A stretch of DNA of 48,091 nt, taken from the NCBI RefSeq assembly GCF_004010195.1, contig NC_057718.1, positions 81,353,912 to 81,402,002 on the forward strand, in the 5' to 3' direction. Positions within the stretch are counted from its first letter, which is position 1. Each line of letters begins with the position of its first letter. Below are positions 1 to 12,422 of this stretch, piece after piece. Both the position numbers and the translations under genes were made by a program. This DNA is from Chiloscyllium plagiosum (taxonomy: Eukaryota). The notes under the pieces were generated by a model that ran no database searches, had not been told where the DNA came from, and worked only from the letters and a program-made list of their open reading frames with translations.

Positions 1-315
1 GCTGGTCATCAAACATCCATCTATTCTCACCCCAATTTCTAGCACTTGGTCCCTCACCTTGTATCCCCTGGTGTTTCAAGTGCTCATCTAAGGGTTCCTG
101 CCTCACCACCCTTTAATGTAACATGCTTCAGAATTTCCTTCCAACTGGTATTAGGTTCACTGACATGTAGTTTCCTGATTGATCCTTGCCACCTTTCTTA
201 AATAATGGTATAGCAAAAGCTACCCTTCAGTCCACTGGCACCCCACCTGTAGCCATAGAGGATTTCAAATTAATGTCAGACTCTTGCAATCCCACAGCAT
301 ACCTTGGATACATTT
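1..315 (-). mobile_element. Degraded CR1-type LINE fragments (3' tail plus RT-region piece)
   Basis: Resembles the minus-strand CR1 copies elsewhere in the window (e.g. gctacccttcagtccactggcacc vs 7541 gccaccctccagtcatctgatacc). Confidence 0.5.
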
Positions 316-319
316 AAGG

Positions 320-385
320 GTCGGTGATGGCCTAATGGTATTATTGCTAGACTATTAATCCAAAGACCCAGGAAATATTCCAATG
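320..385 (+). mobile_element. 5' head of a tRNA-derived SINE, truncated
   Basis: tgatggcctaatggtattattgctagactattaatccaaagaccca has a box-A-like TGGCCTAATGG and resembles a shark SINE head. It ends before box B. Confidence 0.45.
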
Positions 386-2008
386 AGTACTGACCCAAAT
401 CTACTGAACATGTCCTTGTAACACTTAACTGGTATCAGCTTAGTAAATCGCCTTTGGACTGTGTCCAATGCCGGTATATCTTTCCTTCGATAAGAAGCCA
501 AAATCTGTTCACATATGCCAGTTGAGGTCTGACGTGTGTTTTTCAATTCAATTCCATTTGAAATAAAGGCCAATATGTCATTTACTTTCCTGTTACACTC
601 TGAATTTCGATGTTAGCTTCTTGTGATTTATGGGTGAGAACTCTTGTGTTCACTGGCTTTCTTCAATTAAATAAAAATCAGCAGTTCTGTTCTTCCTGCC
701 AAAATGCATAACCTCACATTTTCCCACATTATATTCCTTCTACCAAGTTTTTGCCCTCTTATCAAACCTTTCCCTATCCCTCTGCAGTCTCACTGTGTTG
801 TTGTCACCACTTGCCTTCCCATATATTTTTCTGTCATCTACATTATTGCTATAGTACATTCATTTTCCTCATTCAAGTCATTAATACATTTATTGTAAAT
901 AATTGTGGCCTCCGCACTGATCTTTGTAGCACTCTATTAGTTACAAGTTCCCATCCTGAAAGTGCTTCGTTTTTCCCAACTCTGTCTTCTATTGGTTAGC
1001 CAATCCTCTATGCGTACTAATAGACTACCTCCAATACCATGGATTCTTAACTTATTCAGTAGCCTAATGTGTACATAGCACCTTATCAAACACCTCTGAA
1101 TCTCCAAATATTGCGTCCACTGGTTCCTCTTTATTTTTGCTGCTTGCTACCTATTCAAAGACTTATAGTAAATTTGTCAGGTATGATTTCCCCTTCCTGA
1201 AGCCATGCTAACTTTGCTTGATCATATTATGCATTTGTAAATGTTCTGTTATGACATTGTTTATAATACAATGTAATATTCTTCCAATAACCAATGTTAA
1301 ACCAATTGGCCTATCGTTATTTATTTTTGTCTCTTTACCATTTTAAATAAACGTGTTACATTTGACAGATTTCCAATCTTTTGACATTTTTCTAGAATCT
1401 AAAGATTCATGGAAGATTACTACCAGTGCATACACTACTCAGTTAATTCCTTTAATATCTTATCATGCATCCCATCAACTCCAGGGAACTTATGGTTATT
1501 TAGCCCCATTAGCTTCCTCCTTACTTTCTATCCATTGATAATTTTGAATTTACTTCCTTGCCTCTTTTTTTACCCCTGAAGTATTTAGTTATTTTAGGAT
1601 GTTATTAGTGTCTTCTACTGTGAAGACTGATTCAAGGTATTTATTTAACTCGTCTGCCATTTCCATTTTACCCAATATTATTTTCCAACCTCATTCTCAA
1701 AGGGCCTTCTTTCTTCTTTTATATATATTTAAAGAAGCTCTTGTTATCTGTCTTGATATGATTTAAAAATTTACCTTCAAAGTTTATTTTCTTCCTTTTC
1801 TTTGTTGTCTTTTGTTAGTTTTTAAGATTTCCTGAATTCTCTGGTTTATCATGAAGCTGAGCCATGTTTGCAGTTTTTTTTCTTTCAACCTCGTGCTGTC
1901 CTTAACTTTCCTGATCAACCATGGTTGTGTTGTATCCTTCCTAGGAAACTTCATCCTCACTTGGAATATGTCTCTGCTGTGAGCCATAAATGATTTTCTT
2001 AAAAGTCT
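386..2008 (-). mobile_element. CR1 LINE ORF2 (RT and C-terminal part), degraded
   Basis: Minus-strand peptides RKDIPALDTVQRRFTKLIP (355..573) and TQPWLIRKVKDSTRLKEK (1784..2065) are CR1 ORF2 motifs. Many stops and frameshifts. Confidence 0.85.
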
Positions 2009-2880
2009 GTCATAGAGTAATAGTTGTACAGCATAGAAACATACTCTTTGGTCCAACTCGTCCATGCCACCCAGATATCCTAAATTAATTTAGTCCTATT
2101 TACCAGCATTTGGCCCATGTCCCTCTAAACCCTTCCTATTCATGTCTCATCCAGATGCCTTTTAAATGCTGTAATTGTACCAGCCTCCACCACTTCCTCT
2201 GGCAGCTCATTCCATACACACACCACCCTCTGTGTGAAATAGTTGCCCCCTTAGATCTCTTTTATATCTTTCCCCCTCGGTTTAAATCGATTTCCTCTCA
2301 TTTTCGACTCCCTTTTCCTGGGAAGAAGACCTTGAATATTGACCCTATTCATGCCCCTCATGATTTTATAAACCTCTATAAGGTCACCCCTCGGCATCTG
2401 ACACTCAAGGGAAAATAGCCCCAGCCTTTTCAGCCTCTTCCTCTAACTCAAATCTCCAACCCAGCAACATTCTTGCAAATCTTTTCTGAACCCTTTCAAG
2501 TTTCACAACATCCTTCCTATAGCAGGGTTACCGGAAGTGAATACAGTATTTCAAAAGCGGCCTAACCAATGTCCTGTACAGCCACAACATAACACCCCAA
2601 CTCCTGTACTCAGTGCACTAACCAATAAAAGCAAGCATACTATATACCCTCTTCACTGCACTGTCTACCTGCAACTCCACCTTCAAGGAACCTGCACCCC
2701 AAGGTCTCTTTGTTCATCATCAGTCCCCAGGACCCTACCATTAAGTCCTGCCCTAATTTACCTTACCAAAATGCAATACCTCACTTACCTAAATTAAAAT
2801 CCATCTGCCACTCCTTGACCCTTTGGCCCATCTGATCAAGGTCCCTAAGATAACGTTCTTGGCTGTCCAACCAGTCTTCA
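2009..2880 (-). mobile_element. 5'-truncated HER1-type CR1 LINE nested in the older CR1
   Basis: Begins with the reverse complement of the HER1/HE1 3' tail (tacagcatagaaacatactctttggtccaac) and parallels 5848-6660. The host CR1 resumes after about 2880. Confidence 0.8.
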
Positions 2881-3770
2881 ACCAGTCTTGCTGATAAAGA
2901 CCTTCCTCACTCCACTCCAGACAGCTTAGCCCTCATCCCTTTGTAATTACTACTACTTAAATTTCGCAGTTATCTTCAATCTTGGTTTCTCCCCCTCAAA
3001 CTAAAAGCTACATTGTCATTTTATGCAGATCTTTTATTGTGACATCATTTATTAAACCTGACTTTGCACATCACCAGATTCAAACAAACCTGATTTCTGG
3101 TTGGAACCACACAGATTGTTCTAGAACTGTCCTGAATACACTCAATGACTTGCTCCTCATGGCTTCCTCTGCCAATCTGACTATACCAATCTAGATGAAG
3201 ATTAAAGGCACCCATGATTAATGTACGTACATGTTACATGTTCACATTACAAGACGTTCTGCTATAATGCATGTTTCGTTAATGCAAATTCACTAAAATG
3301 CGATTGACGAATTGGGGACACTGTTTCTAAAGCGTGAGCTTTTAAACATGTATTGGTTATAATGCGATTCCCACCTCTTAGTTTAAACAGTACTGCTGTT
3401 GTGCGATTTTCTTAAAACATGGGGTTGCATGAGAACAAAATTACCATGTTATAGCAAAACTGGCTGTATCTCCTGATTGATTTTGTGTTCCACCATACAG
3501 CTACCTTTAGAGGGCCTATGGAGTACTCCTACCAGTGTTGTCTCTTTGTTTTGTCTCCCTCCATTCATATGGATCCTCCATCTTCCAATTCAAGATCATC
3601 TTGCTATAACAAACTTATTCTATCACATTACAACTGTACAACCATAACCCTTTCCTTCTTGCCTATCCGTTTATCTCCTACTTTAGTAGACTTGTGTTGT
3701 ATAATCATTACACATGCATTGGAATCCTCGGAAACTGGTTTCATCGGTACTATTCAGTTGCATTAATAGG
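2881..3770 (-). mobile_element. CR1 LINE ORF2 endonuclease region, continuing 386-2008 and interrupted by a MITE
   Basis: The reverse complement near 3500-3535 reads GVLHRPSKGS, matching the CR1 APE 'GVxYRPP' motif, and is collinear with the upstream fragment. Confidence 0.6.
3250..3466. mobile_element. ~217-bp Tc1/mariner (Tigger-like) MITE, copy 1
   Basis: TA|caagacgttctgctataa ... ttatagcaaaactggctg|TA gives imperfect TIRs and a TA duplication. Homologous to 12206 and 18655. Confidence 0.8.
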
Positions 3771-4585
3771 ACGTTATTCCTTAGCATCTTGCAGTTTATG
3801 CTCAGTATTTGTAAATTTAATTGAACAACCTAGAGAAAATAATTCAAAAGCTTCAGTTATGTCAATTTTGTAATCATTTTCAGTAAAAATATATATACAG
3901 TTTGTGAGAGGGATTAATGAAAGGATCTGATCTGTTTTATATACTTCAAAAAATATATTAAATTGTGACAGAGAAAATGAGATTTGAAAAAACATGCAAA
4001 TTGAATTTTGGAAGCAAACAAACCTCCTTCAGTAAAGAATATGAAGGGAGAGTTGGGAAACATGGATTGGATTAAGCCTTCCTTGGAATATGATAGAAGT
4101 CTCCAAGAGTTGTGCTAGTAATGAGGGAAAGCCAGAAAGGAAGGGAGATAGGGAAAGCTCAAAGGGACAAAGAAAGAAATGAGAAGCAATGAGTGGAGAA
4201 CTGAGTATGGGAGAAGGGTATTAAAGCATATTATTTGATGATTGTTGTATCTCCACAAATAATTAATTCAGCTTATAACTAGCAGTTGATCCTTTACATT
4301 TGGATGACATGGTAGGTAAAGCAAAGGGCAAGTGGACATGGAGGCAAGTTTGAGAGAAGCAGAAGAAGAGATGCTTATTGAGGTAACAGAGACAAATAAG
4401 AAAGACATGAGCAGATTTATCTCAAGATATTTGACCGGTCCTTCATTGAGACTGACATTTTTCTTCATCAAATATTGCAGTCAGAGACTCTGTGTCTGTG
4501 TGTGTTCAGAGATAGTTCACAACCTCTATTAGTTTAAGTTGATTATATGTGTTCATTTTTGTAGCTTCAAAATTTATTCATAACT

Positions 4586-4700
4586 CATTTCAACTAAACT
4601 TCCACCACTGTATTTTGGTACAGGTTCTATTCCTGTTTTCAATGAGTCATACAGCATGGAAACAGACCCTTCAGTCCAACCAGTCCATACTGATGATAAT
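4586..4700 (+). repeat. ~110-bp direct duplicate of 5792-5906 (unique flank plus CR1 3' tip)
   Basis: catttcaactaaacttccaccactgtattttggtacaggtt..gagtcatacagcatggaaacagacc..cagtccaaccagtcc occurs at both sites with few mismatches, at an offset of 1206. Confidence 0.95.
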
Positions 4701-5509
4701 GAGGAACCCTACTGATGCTAAACTGTTAAAATGCTTTCTCACAGTTTACTTCGCTGAATTTCACAAATTATTTTTTCAATTATAAGCATTAATTTTTGGG
4801 TTGTGGGCATTGTTAACAAGGAAGTCAGAAATTAATGTTGCTCATTCATAATTAAATTTGTGAAAGCAAAATTGAGAATCCTTCTTCAACTGTTTTGGTC
4901 TACGTGATGGAAGTGCTTCTTCAATGTTATATGTTCAAGGATTGCAAGAATTGTACTCAGCAACGATGAAGGGATTGTGAAATATTTTCAAATCAGGATA
5001 TTGGATGATTTGGAGAGATCTTAGAGTTTTGTACATCTCAAACAGCAACTAGGCTGCACTGATAAGGGCCTCATTGAGTGGATGAAGATTTCACAGAGAA
5101 AGGTGAAATAAGTGAATGTTGACATTTCCAAGTGTACTGTAACATACACGTACATTTTCACACACCAATAGTTTATTGAAATATTTATAACTTAGATTTA
5201 GCAATACCAGACCTAACAATTCATGATTCTGGAAACTAAAATTAAGCAACCTCTTTAACAGAATTAAACTGTTTACTATTAATGGCCCCAAACAGACCTA
5301 CTATGTTTGCTCCCAAGTTTTGTGTTTCATTGATCTAGCATTGTAATTTACATTCTGTTCATTGTCATTGATTTACCATCCATATATCCAGAGGATGCTG
5401 GCGATAAATTTAGCAAGTTCAGCTTGCAAAGCTGAGGGTTGGTTTAGTGCTGATTGGTTAGGTTTTAGATTCTTGTTATTGCTGATGCCAAGATTCGTTC
5501 CCCAGGACC

Positions 5510-5591
5510 TCACAGTTTGTAAATCAAATTTAAACCAAAACAAAAATCCATCTGCTCCTGTTGTTGCATCTCTGCTCCATTTGCCTCTAAC
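5510..5591 (-). CDS. Speculative terminal coding exon (W)LEANGAEMQQQEQMDFCFGLNLIYKL*
   Basis: Weak acceptor cttttggtattctaag|G. Its phase fits the 32893-33001 exon (TG|G = Trp), and there is a minus-strand AATAAA near 5172-5177. No homology recognised. Confidence 0.2.
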
Positions 5592-5847
5592 CTTAGAATA
5601 CCAAAAGTACATCTCAAATTGCTTGGTATACAGTTTTCTGTTGTCTGCAAATTTTGTGTTATCAGAAATAATATACCCATACAATTTGTACCTTGAGTGA
5701 ACAGCAGGTTATCTGGAGCAGACTACTGCAGTATTTTACTCACTACTGTCTTCCAGTTGCAGCTTTAATTTTGTTGTGGTAATTTGTTTTCCATTTCAAC
5801 TAAACTTCCACCACTGTATTTTGGTACAGGTTCCATTCCTGTTTTCA

Positions 5848-8800
5848 TTGAGTCATACAGCATGGAAACAGACCTTTCAGTCCAACCAGTCCTTGCTGAA
5901 CATAATCCCAAACTAAACTAGTCCCCACTTGCCTGCTCCTGGTCCATATCCCTCCAAATCTTTCTTATTCATGTATCTATCCAAATGTCTTTTAAATGAT
6001 GTAATTGTACCCGCATCCATAATTCCTCAGGACGTTCATTCCACAGGCGAACCATGGTCTGTATAAAAAGTTTGCCTCTCATGTCTTTTTTTAAATCTCT
6101 CTCCTCTCATCTTCAGAATGTGTCCCCTAGTCTTGAAAACCCCCATTCCAGGGAAAAGGCAAATGCTATTAACTCTATCTATACCTCTCAATATTTCTAT
6201 GAGGTTGTCGCTCAACCTCCTACACTCCAGTGAAAAATGTCCCAGCCTTTCTTTATAACTCAAATCTTCCATACCCAGCAACACCTTGGTAAATCTCTTC
6301 TGAATCCTCTCCAGCTTAATAATATCCTTCCTAAACTGGGCGACCAGAACTGGACACAGTATTCCAGAAAAAGCCTCATCAATGTCCTGTACAACCTCAA
6401 CATGACTTCCCAACCCCTCTACTCAAAGGACTGAGCAATGAAGGCAAGCGTGCCTTTTTAACCACCCTGTCTATATGTGATGCAAACTTCAAAGAAGTAT
6501 GCGCCTGTACCCCTAAGTCCCTGTGTCTAGAATACTACCATTAATTGTATAAGCCTAACTCTTGTTTATTGTACCAAAATGCAATACCTCGCATTTAGCC
6601 AGATTGAACTCCATCTGCCATTTTTCAGCCCATTTGACCCGTTTGGTCAAGATCCCTTTGTAAACTTAGAAACCTTAGTGGGCGGCACGGTGGCACAGTG
6701 GTTAGCACTGCTGCCTCACAGCGCCTGAGACCCGGGTTCAATTCCCGCCTCAAGCGACTGACTGTGTGGAGTTTGCACATTCTCCCCGTGTCTGCGTGGG
6801 TTTCCTCCGGGTGCTCCGGTTTCCTCCCACAGTCCAAAGATGTGCAGGGTCAGGTGAATTGGCCATGCTAAACTGCCCGTAGTGTTAGGTAAGGGGTAAA
6901 TGTAGGGGTATGGGTGGGTTTCGCTTCGGCGGGTCGGTGTGGACTTGTTGGGCCGAAGGGCCTGTTTCCACACTGTAATGTAATCTAATCTAATCTTCTT
7001 CGCTGTCTACTATGCCACCGATTTTGGTGTCATCCTACTAACCATGCCTTCTACGTTCTCATCCAAATCATTTATATAAATGACAAACAAAAGACACAGA
7101 ACTGAACCCTGTAGAACACCGCTAGTGACAGGCCTCCAGTCCGAAAAGCAATCCTCCACCACCACACTGTCTCCTGTGGTTAAGCCAATTATGTATCCAA
7201 CTGGCAAGCTCCCCCAAATCCCATGTGACCCAACTTGACTAATTAGTCTACCATGCGGAACCTTGTCTAAGGCTTTACTAAAATCCAAATAAACAAAGTC
7301 TACAGCTCTGCCATCATCAATCTTTTTGTTACTTTGTTCAAAAAACTCAATCAAATATGTGAGACACGATTTTCCTTGCACAAAGTTATGCTGATTATCC
7401 ATGATAAATGTTTGTCTGTTTAAATGTCCATAAATCTTACCTTTATCACCTCCAATTTCCCCACATTTGTAGTCAGACGCATAGGTCTATAGTTCCCCAG
7501 TTTTTCCTTACAACTGTTCTTAAAAGAATGTACAACATTAGCCACCCTCCAGTCATCTGATACCTCACCCATAGTTATAGCTGATGCAAGGGATCACGCA
7601 ATTTCTTCCTTTACTTCCCTTCATGTTCTGGGATACATTAAATCAGGTTCCAGTGATTTATCCACCTTTATATTCTCTAAGACCGCCCAAACTTCCTCTT
7701 CTGTAATATGAACTGTTTTTAAAACATCAGAGTTTATTTTTCTGCGTTTTCTAGACTCCATTTCTTTTTCCATGGTATGTGAAATATTTATTTAGTATCT
7801 CTCCCATCTCCTGCAGTTCATTGCAAAGATGACCTCCTTGATCTTTAAGAGGCCCTATCCTCTCTCGAGTTACCCTCTTGCTCTTAAGGTATTTGTAGAA
7901 TCTCTTTGAATTATCTTTAACCTTATCTGCCCCTGCTATCTCATATTTTCTCTTTGCCTTCCTGATTTCTCGCTTAAGAATGTCCCTACACTCTTCATAT
8001 TGATTAAGATATTCAATTTAACCAAGTTGTCTTTATCTAAAATAAGATTCTCTTTTATTCTTGACTAGAACCTCAATATCTTTATTCATCCATTGTTCCT
8101 TAATCTTACCAGCCTTACCCTTCACTCTAACAGGAACAGAAAGGCTCTGAATTCTCGTCATAATACTCCTAAAAGCCTCCCACTTGTCAGATATACTTTT
8201 ACCTGCAAACAGTCTATGCCAATCAACTTCTGAAGGTTCTTGCCTCATACCATTAAAATTTGCCTTCCTTCAAGTAAAAGCTTAAACTTTTATGGAAGGT
8301 TTATCCTTTTCCATTACTATTTTGAAACTAATAGAATTATGATCGCTAGACCCTAAGTGTTCCCCCACTTTTACCTCCGTCATTTACCCTGTCTTACTGC
8401 ACAAAGGGTTTAATTTTGCTCTTTCTCAAATAGAAGCATCCAGATTTTGATTTGAAAAAAATGTTTCTTTGTTACATTTGACAAATTCTTCACCACCCAA
8501 ACTTTTAACACCATGGTAAACCCAGTCAATATTTGAAAAATTAAAATCCCCCATTACGGCAAGCTTATTATTGCTTACATATATCTGAGATTTCCCTTCA
8601 TATTTGTTTCTCAATGTTCCTCTTGCTATTGGGGGGGAACCTATAGTACAATTCCATCAAGTGATATTTCCTTTCTTATTTCTTCTTTCTACCCATATAT
8701 TTTCGCTGGATGATTTTTCAGAAATATTCTTCTGCAATTCCAGCCATGATCCCTTCCTTTCTTGCCTCCTTTCCTCTCATGCGTACTGCATCTAAAACCC

Positions 8801-8931
8801 AGAAAATTGAGCTGTCAGTCTTGTCCATCTCTCATCCAAGTTTCTGTAATAGCTCTGACATCCCAATCCCATGTTCTTAAGCATGTCCGAAGTTCATCAG
8901 CCTCACCCAAAAGACTCCTTGCATTGAAATA
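5848..8931 (-). mobile_element. HER1-type CR1 LINE, nearly complete decayed ORF2 (APE endonuclease + RT)
   Basis: Peptides MGDFNF (8426..8614), GKSCLTYLIEFFEQ..VYLDFSKALDKVPHGRL..GVLQGSVL..IYINDL (7010..7402) and LERIQKRFTKVLLGMEDLSYKERL (6036..6413). 3' tail at about 5850-5900. Confidence 0.95.
6678..6996 (+). mobile_element. Full-length young HE1-type (V-SINE) tRNA-derived SINE inserted in the CR1
   Basis: Box A TGGCACAGTGG, box B GGTTCAATTCC, V-domain tgtgtggagtttgcacattctccccgtgtctgcgtgggtttcctccgggtgctccggtttcctcccacagtccaaaga, HER1-shared tail gggccgaagggcctgtttcc and a (TAATC)n end. CpGs are retained. Confidence 0.95.
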
Positions 8932-8988
8932 TGGTTATTATTTCAAAAGATCACAATTATGGATTATGTCACTTTTCAAGCCTGTAGT

Positions 8989-9650
8989 CATGATTTGGAA
9001 GTGCCAGTGTTGCCTGAAGTGTTCCCAGACACACTCCCCCCCCCCCCCCCCCCCCCACACTCACTCCCACATGCACACCCAATCACAGACTTATACCCCA
9101 TTATACACACACACACATGCACATACATACACTGTCTCACAGACACTCACACCCACTTGCACACACTGACTTGGTCTCCTCTGCACGCACATGCGTATAA
9201 GTTTGTGGGGTGAATTTGTACTTGCAGAATTACATTTTAATTTGCTCAAAAACTACATGAATCCATGTAAGATTCTGTAAAGCCCACTTAAGAAATAGGA
9301 TCAGTCTAACCTAACATTGGGGCACAGAAGGACTTTAACTTCCCACCTTCAATGCATTATCTGAACTGAGATGGCACCTATTGTTAAAGCTATGTTGAGA
9401 ATGTAACTTTAAAAAAGTTCTGGAACTTACATATCAAGGAACCGAAACCTACATGATCATTCTAAAAGATGAAAGACTTAAAGTAAATTTGTTTAATATT
9501 ACATTCCATGGCACTGCAATCCTGTTGCTATAAATTCTGTGTCTTATGATTCTGCTCCACAACCACTTGACGAAAAAGAAGCGCTTCGAAAGCTAGTGAT
9601 TCCAAATAAACCTGTTGGATTATAACCTAGTGTAGTGTGATATTTAACTT
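8989..9650 (+). mobile_element. Penelope-like element 3' region/pLTR (family A) with a short inverted tip and decayed hammerhead
   Basis: 9240-9650 matches the reverse complement of 26800-27219. 8989-9011 matches 26768-26790 directly, i.e. it is an inverted terminus. CA-rich tract at 9028-9170; degenerate cac-ttgacga...gaaagcta-gtg at 9564-9598. Confidence 0.85.
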
Positions 9651-10974
9651 CATGCCTGTAGTAAATGTAAGAATTGTTAGTCCAAATCCAATTCTGACCA
9701 TAAATTATTTTTAAAAGGCAACCATTCTCATCTAATGTTGGTCTTTGTGAGAAGATAAAGCTTTCTTTAGTTTTTAAGTTATCTTCTGCTTCCCTTTATT
9801 AAGTCTCTTTTCAATCTATACAATCGGAAATTCCCTCAGATTTTCTCCTGGAATACTTTGATGTTTGTGTGAACTCGCTGAGGATGACCTTCCTTTCAAT
9901 TCTCGATCTATCTTTGTGGGGAGTTGTTGATCTCTGAAACATAATAGATTGTGGAAAGCAGTAGTGAACGTAGATCCCACAATAATTATGTTTGTTCCCT
10001 TTCCTTCAATTGAGTGTGGTGTAATTAATAAAACAAATCTGCCATTTTTACTCACCATTTAAAGGAGCTGACTTGAAAGAAGGCAATTGTGTTAAACTAG
10101 ATTACTTCAAACATTTGTTAATTCAGCTGCATCACATTGCCAGGTTTGCAACTTTACAAAGAGAAATTTTGTAGCTGCCATCAGCATTAAGGTTTAAATA
10201 AAAATATTTCTTGACCAAGTTTGAATCTCAAAGGTGTTGAGTTTATTATTAAAGTTTTAAGAAGGCTGCTGATGTGGTTGCCAATGGTGCTGCCTTTTTA
10301 AAAGGTGAAGCTGCATTGCTACATATGGTGTTTACTATTTTCACATTTTAATTGCTAATATATGAAAGCATTCACTTTCATTCTTAAGTTTTCAATTTGG
10401 TTTTGTTGAAGTCGGTCATTTCATCAAAGTGACTGACTGTCATATTGATACTGTATCAGTTTTCAGGAAATAACATTTCTGACTTTCTGGCCCAGATGTA
10501 GAGTTCATGCCAGAAGACCTCCTTATTTACTATTAGATATACATGTGAAATTGAATCCTTTTCAAATTTATTTTTCAATTATGGAATGAAAAAGGAAAGG
10601 AAGGTTACATTGGGGTAAAAAAAAGATCTGGTGTAAGATTTTTATACTATTTTTAGAATAGTTCCCTATTTTTATTATTTTGAGCATGTTGTATTCCAGA
10701 GACGACTAAACAATTGTGATTTCTAGCAGGTAGTGTTAATGTTTTAAACAACAATATTGCTGGAAGGGGAAACTTGGCAAATAAATTTCTCTCAATGAAA
10801 AACTGCTCAGGTCTCTGTAAGAGAAGTAAAGCCATAGAGAAAACATTGCATAATTCTACCAAACATGCAAGATGATATGAGTGACATTCTTAACTGTGTG
10901 GTTGTCAAGTACTTATTTTAAAATATTGTGCACGTGTATTGTCCGCAAATTTATCTTTAACACATTATTGAATC

Positions 10975-11386
10975 AGAGAACACCAACTAGCCACGACCAG
11001 CTATCCTTAGTAGCCCCACACACAGATGACAAGCAACATGAATTCAACTGGGACAACACTACTATTATAAGACAAGCCAAACAGAGAACAGCCAGGGAAT
11101 TCCTAGAAGCATGGCACTCATCCACAGATTCAATCAATAAGCACATCGACCTGGACCCAATATACCGGCCACTGCAGCAGACAGCTGGAACAGACAACCG
11201 GAAGCGGCAGAGACAAACCACTATAAATGCCGGAGGAAACAACACAGAAGCGCTTCACAGGAGGCTCCCAAGCGCTGAGGATGTCACCTAAACAGGATGA
11301 AATGTCTGCAACACAAATTCCCAGCTCAGCGAACAGAACCACAATAACGAGCACCCGAGCTACAAATCTTCTCACAAACTTTGAAC
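10975..11386 (+). mobile_element. Penelope-like element 3' fragment (family B): GIY-YIG C-terminus plus pLTR
   Basis: Peptide HTDDKQHEFNWDNTTIIRQAKQRTAREFLEAWHSSTDSINKHIDLDPIYRPL. Degenerate hammerhead CTGAGGA..GAAA at 11275-11302. Same family as 38987-39733. Confidence 0.9.
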
Positions 11387-12205
11387 TCCACTTGTCCTAT
11401 TTGCAGTTCATTTTCCACTTTTGACAGACAGCATAAACAAAGTATTAAAAAATGTTTTCATCGGCAGTATTAACCAATGGAGTTGTACTTCTTTTTACAT
11501 ATAATCCATTTTATACTAGAGTAAATCATTAGCAGCCTTGGAAAGGCTTTGAAATTGCTAAAAATATATTTATTCTGTTCATGGCTATATCATAAATGCA
11601 GGTGGCCCAGACCATTTGCCCTGTTGCCTCTTCAGCCAACATGAAAGCCAGATGTTTACATTAAATTATTTATGTCCAGAGGATTTGTTAATGGGGAATT
11701 CTGCTCTATTAACTGGCCAAGAAAATATATCTCACAATATGGAGAATTTATAAAAAGTTAGAATGCTGCTACTCAATGTTTTACATTATCAGCCCTAATG
11801 TTAAGCATGTGAACCAATGTTAAAATGCAACAAGGATTGTTTGGCATACTGAGGAAATGGAGAAATGTCATCCATAAGTTCAGTCCTATATGAACAAAAT
11901 CGTAATTTCAGTGGTGAAGGAAAATAACTTGTAATTGTTATACCTAATATCTTTTGCAAAGTATTTACTGTTTTAAATAAAGAATTTATGAGAGCTAGGC
12001 AGCTCAAGGAATAGTGTTCAAATCTCAGTCTTGCTCACAATTTGAAGTGGAACAGTTTTGCCCAGTAAGAACCAAATCAGTTAGTAATTGATAATGTTGC
12101 ATTGTACCTATTAGCAACAGGCACTTTGGCTGGACCAATGCTGGACTAAGTCACTGAAAGAAAATTCTTAAAGCAGTGGTGCACAATTACCAGGGGAGTT
12201 TTGTA

Positions 12206-12422
12206 CAGGTCGTCCTGCTATAAGGAGCATTTTGTTAATGTGAATTCGCTGTAATATAATTGACAAACTGGGGATACAGTTTCTAAATCACGAACGTTTA
12301 AAACATGTGTTGGCTGTAATGTGATTACGTCGCTAACACTTTAAGCACTTTTTAAAGAGCGATTTTTCTATAACACGGGGTTGCACAATAATGCAACCAT
12401 CGCGTTATAGAAGAACTACCTG
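12206..12422. mobile_element. ~217-bp Tigger-like MITE, copy 2
   Basis: TA|caggtcgtcctgctataa ... ttatagaagaactacctg|TG. The interior is homologous to 3250-3466. Confidence 0.8.

Noticed and set aside
4332..4532. ORF with LREAEEEMLIEV, faintly like a Harbinger Myb/SANT start
   Set aside because: The similarity is too short and the conserved Trp residues do not follow.
6678..6750. tRNA-like sequence as a possible tRNA gene
   Set aside because: It is the head of an HE1 SINE, continuous with the V-domain and LINE-derived tail.
10050..10090. Minus-strand ATG|GTGAGT donor with a possible 16-nt microexon
   Set aside because: The acceptor is weak and longer exon versions have stops in all frames. 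Splice-like motifs are common by chance.
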